Assembly: GCF_006345805.1 (NCBI RefSeq)
Contig: NW_021833542.1
Span: 1-28,576 of the forward strand
Source: Octopus sinensis
Lineage: Eukaryota
Direction: 5' to 3'
DNA length: 28,576 nt
Positions 21,773 through 28,576 of the stretch are shown in pieces; position 1 is the first letter of the stretch, and each line of letters starts with the position of its first letter. Both the position numbers and the translations under genes were made by a program. The notes under the pieces were generated by a model. That model searched no databases. It saw only the letters and a program-made list of their open reading frames with translations, and was not told the DNA's origin.

Positions 21773-22380
21773 AGATAGATAAGATAGATAGATGTATCAG
21801 TGTATGTGTGTTTGTGTGAGTGTGTGTATGTGTGTCTACGTTTATGTCTGTGTGTAAACCTGCGCTTGTATGTATGTATGTATGTATGTGTGTGTATACA
21901 GACAGATAGACAAATAGATAGATAGATACAGAGAGAGAGTGAGAGAGAGAGGGGGATGGATTGATCGAGGGACAGACAGACATATATACAGCTTTGCATT
22001 TCAATAACCTCTTGTCAACATAGCTAGATATCAGTATATATTTATCTATATTACTGTGTATAGATAATTTCATAAGCATTTCAGCAAACTTGCGTACTTT
22101 TGTGTGCGTGTGTGTTTGTGTATGTATGTGTGCGCGCGCGCGTGTGTGTGTGTGTGTGTGTGCTCTATGTATGCGTACATGTGCATATATGCATGTGTTG
22201 GTGTGTGCGTATATGTTGGTGGGGACACGTTGCATACAAGTTAATCTCCATATTTATACATATTCATGCGCGCGCATATTCTTAAAAATAGACACTGAAT
22301 TTTGCTAACATTTCTGAAATACTTCAAAGCGGTCTAATAATCAAATCTAAGGACATTATATATTTCTACATTTGTGTAGG

Positions 22381-22411
<31 letters not shown>

Positions 22412-22482
22412 ATATATATATATATAAACGTGTGTGTTTGTATACATACATAGTACATACATAGCGTATAAATATATGTATC

Positions 22483-22524
<42 letters not shown>

Positions 22525-22690
22525 TATATCACACACATATTCACATATACAATCAATCATTTACATGCGTAGACATATACATATTCATTATGCACAAATG
22601 CACATCTCCAAGTATATGTGCGTGTGCGTTATACATATACACACACACATGCACACGCACGGACAAACATATATATGTATCTACATATGT
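21773..22690. repeat. Compound microsatellite field (GATA, TG, ATGT, GA, TA, CA)
   Basis: Directly visible. It explains the ORFs at 21571-22786. Confidence 0.9.
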
Positions 22691-22693
22691 ATG

Positions 22694-23160
22694 TACAAGA
22701 CTTCATCGACTTACTACCTACCCGACTTACGACCGATCGACTTTACAATGATTGGCGCGCCAGCTCCCAGCAGCAATAATATGTAGTCCAGCTGGAATCT
22801 AATGGGTTTAATTTCTTAGAAATTATCACGTCTACGGATCACGTCAGCTAACAAACAGTTCCCCTAGGTTTGGTTATCGATCACCACTGTGATTATCCCA
22901 AGTGTTGCACGAATATCCTGTCGCAGAGACATCGAGGCAACCTCGTATTTGTTTATTAGACGACTGCTTGAGACTCCGAACAAATAACACTCTTGTAGTA
23001 TAATACAGAATTCCGTGTGTGATTTTCACCTGAGAATGTGCTTTAAGAATATAAAGATATACAACAAAGATATGTAGGGCTATAGGCCGACTTACGACAA
23101 AATCGACATATGACTAGTCAGTCGGAACCAATTGTAGTCGTAAGTCGACGGCGACCTATA
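22694..23160. mobile_element. pogo/Tigger-like MITE (about 467 bp), decayed terminal inverted repeats
   Basis: Left end tacaagacttcatcgacttactac...ccgacttacgaccgatcgacttt; reverse complement of the right end tataggtcgccgtcgacttacgac. Repeated cgacttacgac/gtcgtaagtcg motifs, TA context on both sides. Confidence 0.65.
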
Positions 23161-23169
23161 TACGGATAC

Positions 23170-23179
23170 ATATGCGAAT

Positions 23180-23210
<31 letters not shown>

Positions 23211-23450
23211 CACACACACGTGTACATACATGTATGTATACATGCTCAAACATACGCATACATATATAGCATGTCTGAGTTAGATACATACATATATGCA
23301 TACATACATACATACATACATACATACATACATACATGCATACATACATACATACATACATGTATGCATGCATGCATGCATACATACATACATACATACA
23401 TACATACATACATACATACATACATACATACATACATACATACATACATG
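23170..23450. repeat. (CA)n then long (CATA)n tetranucleotide microsatellite
   Basis: Directly visible. Confidence 0.95.
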
Positions 23451-23793
23451 TAATATTAGCTGACATCTTTTCAGATACTATCTACTAACCACCGACTATC
23501 GATATGTATCCATGTTTCATACTTGAGACAAACAACATAATGAAAGTTGGAAAAGACCTCTTCACAAAGTGTTCCCTGCTGACTAATGACACTCACCCTG
23601 GATAGTTACAAAGGTTTATCTCAGAAGAACATGAGATGAAATAGAAAATTACTATTCTTAAATCTCACAACGTGAGATATTCAGCAATATGTACTTTGTA
23701 GTAAAGATTGTTTGCTAACATAACATGATAGTCCTGGTTTAGGACTAATGTTGCTGTAATTTAGCACACATACACCTATAGATACACACACAC

Positions 23794-23870
<77 letters not shown>

Positions 23871-24033
23871 GACGGGCTTCTTTCAGTTTCAGTCTACCAA
23901 ATCCGCTTGCAAGGCTTTGAACGGTCCAAGGGTATAGTAGAAAACACTTGCCCAAGGTGCCACACACTGGGACTGAACCCGGAACCAAGTGGTTGGGAAA
24001 CAAACTTCTTATCATACAGCCATACCTGCGCCT
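23871..24033 (-). mobile_element. tRNA-derived SINE, family A, 5' half only (ends in its internal TA/CA tract at 23762-23870)
   Basis: gacgggcttctttcagtttc...gggactgaacccggaacc...acagccatacctgcgcct. Confidence 0.85.
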
Positions 24034-24136
24034 ATAAATACTTCACTTCTGATTTACACTGTGTTGTCCATAAACAGACATTACTTAATGACGGGCCGTT
24101 AAATTCATAAATATACAAATAACACTATCCAGGAAA

Positions 24137-24291
24137 GTGGTAGCCAATGTCATGTATTGTAAGTAGCTGACTTATGATATTAATTCGGGAAGATCGGCAT
24201 GTCGCCCCTGAGGAATTGTTAATAAGCCATTAATGTTCCGTCTGGAGGTCTACCTTCAGATTTTTCCAGCACATCAGTAATTTAGAAGGAA
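24137..24291. repeat. Dispersed duplicate, copy 1 (paralog at 26477-26637)
   Basis: gtggtagccaa...aagtagctgact[t/a]atgatattaattcgggaag...ggaattgttaataagccat...gttccgtctggag...gcacatcagtaattta present at both sites in the same orientation, roughly 80% identical by eye. Confidence 0.85.
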
Positions 24292-24846
24292 TATGTTTAC
24301 ATTCTTATTTAGTTCGCAGGGTGTCTTTATAATATTTAAACAAAGTATTTTGCTTTAACACAAGGGACATTGTTGAAACATCAACATCAAAATCCCCGTC
24401 AATTGCAAATATAACATATATTTGAGGTATTTGTTTTGAAGAGGAAACAAAAATCATGTACTATCATATAGATAAGTAGCTCTGTATATGTAAACATTTC
24501 TTCCAAAATCGGAAACTGATTCGAAATTTATAGTTTCGCCTCCCAAAATATAAATTCATTTTTATATTAATCATTATTGATGCACTTGGGTATATCAGTA
24601 AAAGTGAGAATCCGGAAAGGCCGAGGTTTTCTGTTCTATGGCTAAGAAACTGATCAAATAACACACATGCTGCAAGTACAATCTGTAAGCAGAACTATAT
24701 GAAATATGCAAAAAATTTCTTAAATTCAAATGTAATTCTGAACCGTTGCTGCTATCTAAATTCTGGCGATGGATATTTGTTTACTTGTTAGTTTTATAAA
24801 AAAATTCAAGTAACTAAAATACAAGAAACAAGAATAACAGCAAGCA

Positions 24847-25272
24847 TACTCTTACTCTTTACTCTTTTACTTGTTTCAGTCAACTGACTGCGGCCATGCT
24901 GGAGCACCGCCTTTAATCGAGCAACTCGACCCTGGGACTTATTCTTTGTAAGCCCAGTACTTATTCTATCGGTCTCTTTTTGCCGAACCGCTAAGTGACG
25001 GGGACCTAAATACACCAGCATCGGTTGTCAAACAATGCAAGGGGGACAAACACAGACACACAAACACACACACATACACATACATATATATATATATATA
25101 CATATATACGACGGGCTTCTTTCAGTTTCCATCTACCAAATCCACTCACAAGGCTTTGGTCGGCCTGAGGCTATAGTAGAAGACACTTGCCCAAGGTGCC
25201 ACGTAGAGGGACTGAACCCGGTACCATGTGGCAGGTAAACAAGCTACTTACCACACAGCCACTCCTGCGCCT
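24847..25272 (-). mobile_element. tRNA-derived SINE, family A, full length
   Basis: Reverse complement of the family A sequence from (tactctt)n to ccactcctgcgcct. Confidence 0.93.
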
Positions 25273-26476
25273 ATACATTAATATATTAATGCAACTGTAG
25301 AATTATTCAAAACGTTTAGCCTGTAGATTGCACACAAACAAATGTTTATGCGCATGCGTCAAAACATACATATTAACAAACATAATAACATGCCTGCATA
25401 TGCATATACACATGTGTACCTGCGCAGACATATACAGATTTACACAACCATATATACAAAAGATGGCAATAACATTAAGATAGAAGTGCAGCCATTAGAC
25501 AGAGATGCAATAGCACCCTATGAACACAGAGAAATAAATGAAAGCTAGAAAGAGTTCAAAACGAGATTTAGGGAGAACGTTACACTTTACATTGATAACA
25601 CGCTAAACGGTAAAGCGATTATGGTACGAGCCGAAAGATCTGATGTTAGCCGTGATCAGTCTAGCTACTTAAAAACACTTAACACAAATTGAAGCTCCCA
25701 GCTTTTGAACATTAAATGGGCAACTGCATTGTGTTAGTAACGTCATTCACTAACAGACGGGAAACAAATATTGATCTAAACGATATCAGACAACTGAAAT
25801 GGATAAACTCTCACTAAAAGTACGGCGACTGATTACTGAGAAACCATCAGACAATTTTATCCTCTTATTGGAAGCAAATTGAATAATGAATTCACGACCC
25901 ATCACCTTCAAGTTTATGATAGACTGTCCAAAATAAAGGGGGACTACCGACAAGAGACATTCGCAGGTAAACTAATTGACTTTAAACATGAACTCAGGGC
26001 GGTCAGTCAACATTTTTGTCATTGAAAGAAATTATCATCAGGCAGGATTTTCAGCTGTAAAATTTGCTTGAAACCTGAAGCTGTTATCGTAGTATAAAAG
26101 GCCATACCATCAAAGTTGTTAATTTCTCCTCCCTGGGATAATTTATCTGGAACTATTTGGGAGCGAGAAACTGCGATATACATAAACATTACAGCCATGA
26201 TGAAGTACCTTTAAATTAGCTATAGATAATGTTCTGTACTAAAATTTCTCCTGAAACATGACATAGTGAAACTCTTCTGACGGTTTTTCGCAAATCTGCT
26301 AAAAGGAAAAATCAACTGGAGGAGACTGATTGCCAGATACTGGTATTGGAATCTCAAGTTCTACAGGAAAACTCTGACCAAACTGTTTCAAAATAGTCAT
26401 AGAGACTGAAGTCGATGTCTCAGATTGGGTTTTCGGTCCGTATATTGTTGTTCAACTATTGGAGTGTCTGAGGCCG

Positions 26477-26637
26477 GTGGTAGCCAAAGTCATGGCTGCT
26501 CTTTAAGTAGCTGACTAATGATATTAATTCGGGAAGGAAGATGGGCATGTCTCTCCTAAGGAATTGTTAATAAGCCATGAACGTTCCGTCTGGAGTGTAC
26601 CTTCATTTTCCCCCGCACATCAGTAATTTAAAAGGAA
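26477..26637. repeat. Dispersed duplicate, copy 2 (paralog at 24137-24291)
   Basis: Same shared blocks as copy 1. Confidence 0.85.
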
Positions 26638-26639
26638 AA

Positions 26640-27404
26640 TTTTCTTTGAGATAGCTTCAGAGGAGCCTTTTATGCTACTATAAACAGTTTTGGGTTTTAA
26701 GCAAATTCATTGGATTTGAAGAACACAACAGGCATCATATGTAGCAACCGCGGGAAATTACACTTCCTTTAAAAAAATTTACCGGAGAATTTGGATTGTG
26801 GCCCTCACTGTGTCAGTCATCGCTCCGTTCTTTTGGAATCTCATGTTATGTTTGTCTTGAACTGCTGGCGATAAAAAATTTCGATCACAGACAAGTAATT
26901 CATCACTTATAACTGTGACAGCGATCCCAACATAGTCTTCGTAAAAATATGATCTTTTCACTTTTTCCAATGTCCCCTCACAACAGACCCATTTACTTGA
27001 TGGGATGCAATTACTAGCTTTGGTGAATTACTCTAAGATTTTCCCGAAATCGAGTCCTGCAGATTTGTTTGTTAGTGAAGCCATTCAAATGAAAATATGT
27101 TTCATCTGTTGTAGATATATTCAGATTCTTCCCGTGTTAATTCTTGAAATTTGACTATACATTGCAATCTGTGCGCATAATCTGATGGAATCAGCTGTTG
27201 TACCAACTGAATCTTACACGGAAATAGTTTGAAGGATTTTAGAATACCCCGGAATGGCGTCTGGGAGGCTCCAGCCTGTCCAATCCGCCTTCGAGTTAAT
27301 GGGTTGGGGCCTTCTGCGACATTCTGCCTTACACGCTCAACAATGGCTTCGTTCCCAACCAAACGGGATCTACCTATTTGTAGAAGGTCGTTAATCGAAT
27401 TTGG
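26640..27404 (-). pseudogene. Decayed Tc1/mariner transposase, DD41D (rosa/VS)-like
   Basis: Minus-strand frames give GRSRLVGNEAIVERVRQNVAEGPNPLTRRR...LKSFKLFPCKIQLVQQLIPSDYAHRL (HTH region), then STTDETYFHLNGFTNKQICR...ENLRVIH..LHP (first D), WVCCEG...YFYED...AVTV...FQKNGA..TVRATIQILR (second D site mutated to N), GSVISRG (third D region eroded). Multiple stops and frameshifts. Confidence 0.85.
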
Positions 27405-27412
27405 TATATATA

Positions 27413-27447
<35 letters not shown>

Positions 27448-27452
<5 letters not shown>

Positions 27453-27515
27453 GAAGAATGGAGTCGAACGACGATTTAACAAAATTGGAGTCGTTCGACT
27501 CCATTCTTTCATTTA
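27448..27515. other. Near-perfect inverted repeat (25/26-bp arms, 17-nt spacer)
   Basis: taaatgaa-gaatggagtcgaacgac (27448-27472) against gtcgttcgactccattctttcattta (27490-27515). Confidence 0.9.
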
Positions 27516-27686
27516 TTTATAGTAAAAAAACACACAAATTTTCCACACGAAAGAAAGCACGTGATTTCTGCCCTTGGCATGTAGCTTCAACCGTGTTTTC
27601 TGACGTAAATTTTGCTACCCGGTATCGGTTAACCGAATTATCCATACTAGGATAATTCACTCAACTACTTTATCTAATTATATATA

Positions 27687-27735
<49 letters not shown>

Positions 27736-28000
27736 TACTTGCACACACACGCACTCACTCACACACAGGTGGACATAAAACCCATTCAATAAATGCTTTT
27801 TAACCACACTCTTGGCAGAAACACACAAAGATTTCTTTTAGACAATGGACAACTACACTCCTTCTCTTACTCTCTAATCCCTTGAACCCTATACCAAACT
27901 ATATTTAAAGAAGACTTCGACGAAAAATCTCCAGACATATTCTTTACGCTCAGACAGAAGAGACACTGCTTTTACTTTAAATTTTTATAAATTTTTACTC

Positions 28001-28041
28001 ATATTCGATAAGATGAGATTCATCATCGAAACTGGTAATAT
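28001..28041 (+). ncRNA. Degraded minimal hammerhead-like motif
   Basis: atat-TCGATAA-gatga(gattca)tcatc-GAAA-ctgg-TA-atat. 5-bp stem II, near-palindromic stem III actggt, core one change from the U3-A8 variant UUGAUAA, weak stem I. Confidence 0.4.
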
Positions 28042-28576
28042 TTTTTTATATAATTCTTAAAATCATTTTTATTAAATTCGTTGTTAAATTGAAATGACTT
28101 AAACTTACTTCTGTGCTATTTCCGCCTCCTTCTCATATATATATATATATAGATATAGATATATATATATATATATGTATATATTCTACAGAAAATAAAG
28201 AATTCTCGAATGTATGATGACCTTGAAGACAGATTAGAAAATCAGATATATACCCTATAGAAAATGAGAAAATCTGATCAGCAAGCTCACTACAGGGAAT
28301 CAATTCCTTTATCTCAAATTTCAGTTATTATTTAACATTATAGATACACAGTACTTGTGATCAGAAGTGTTTCTGCTTAAATGTACAGAGCGCTCAGACG
28401 GAATTTCAGAGGTACCGGTTTCGATTCTCTGTGGAAGCTTCTTGACTACTTTTCTGCCTTATGCTTCATCACATGAGTTACTATGCATCTCCATGTGTGG
28501 ATGTATGTATATATGCATATATATGCATGAATGGATGTGCGTTTATGTGATTATTCCGACATGCATAAATGTCACC

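Noticed and set aside
26030-26045. Minus-strand CTGATGA
   Set aside because: No stem II or GAAA downstream; chance match.
27102-27512. 136-aa ORF as an intact gene
   Set aside because: Its N-terminus comes from the hairpin and a (TA)n tract. Only the C-terminal part is transposase, and it continues into stops and frameshifts.

Overview
AT-rich, repeat-dense animal genomic DNA, intergenic or intronic. The SINE families and microsatellite load look most like an octopus (coleoid cephalopod) genome; this is my recognition, not a database result. No intact protein-coding gene is present, and almost all ORF-track entries are translations of microsatellites or SINEs. Contents: many simple repeats, three tRNA-derived SINE families (at least 10 copies), a decayed DD41D-like Tc1/mariner transposase, the 3' end of an L1/Tx1-like LINE, a pogo/Tigger-like MITE, a Helentron-type (HINE-like) element and a Helitron 3' end. 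The main finding is two unrelated, ORF-less tandem arrays (unit about 531 bp at 3681-5556; unit about 360 bp at 18217-19093) in which each complete unit carries a type I hammerhead ribozyme with a tiny palindromic stem III, the architecture of Penelope-like pseudo-LTRs and non-LTR retrozymes. Array 1 switches orientation almost exactly at the ribozyme core. Array 2 shows a U3-A8 compensatory variant of the catalytic core. Two further degraded hammerhead-like motifs lie at 3416-3460 and 28001-28041. A weak candidate minus-strand exon chain, including a 9-nt microexon, lies at about 7750-8528. All alignments and folds were done by eye; coordinates may be off by a few bases.
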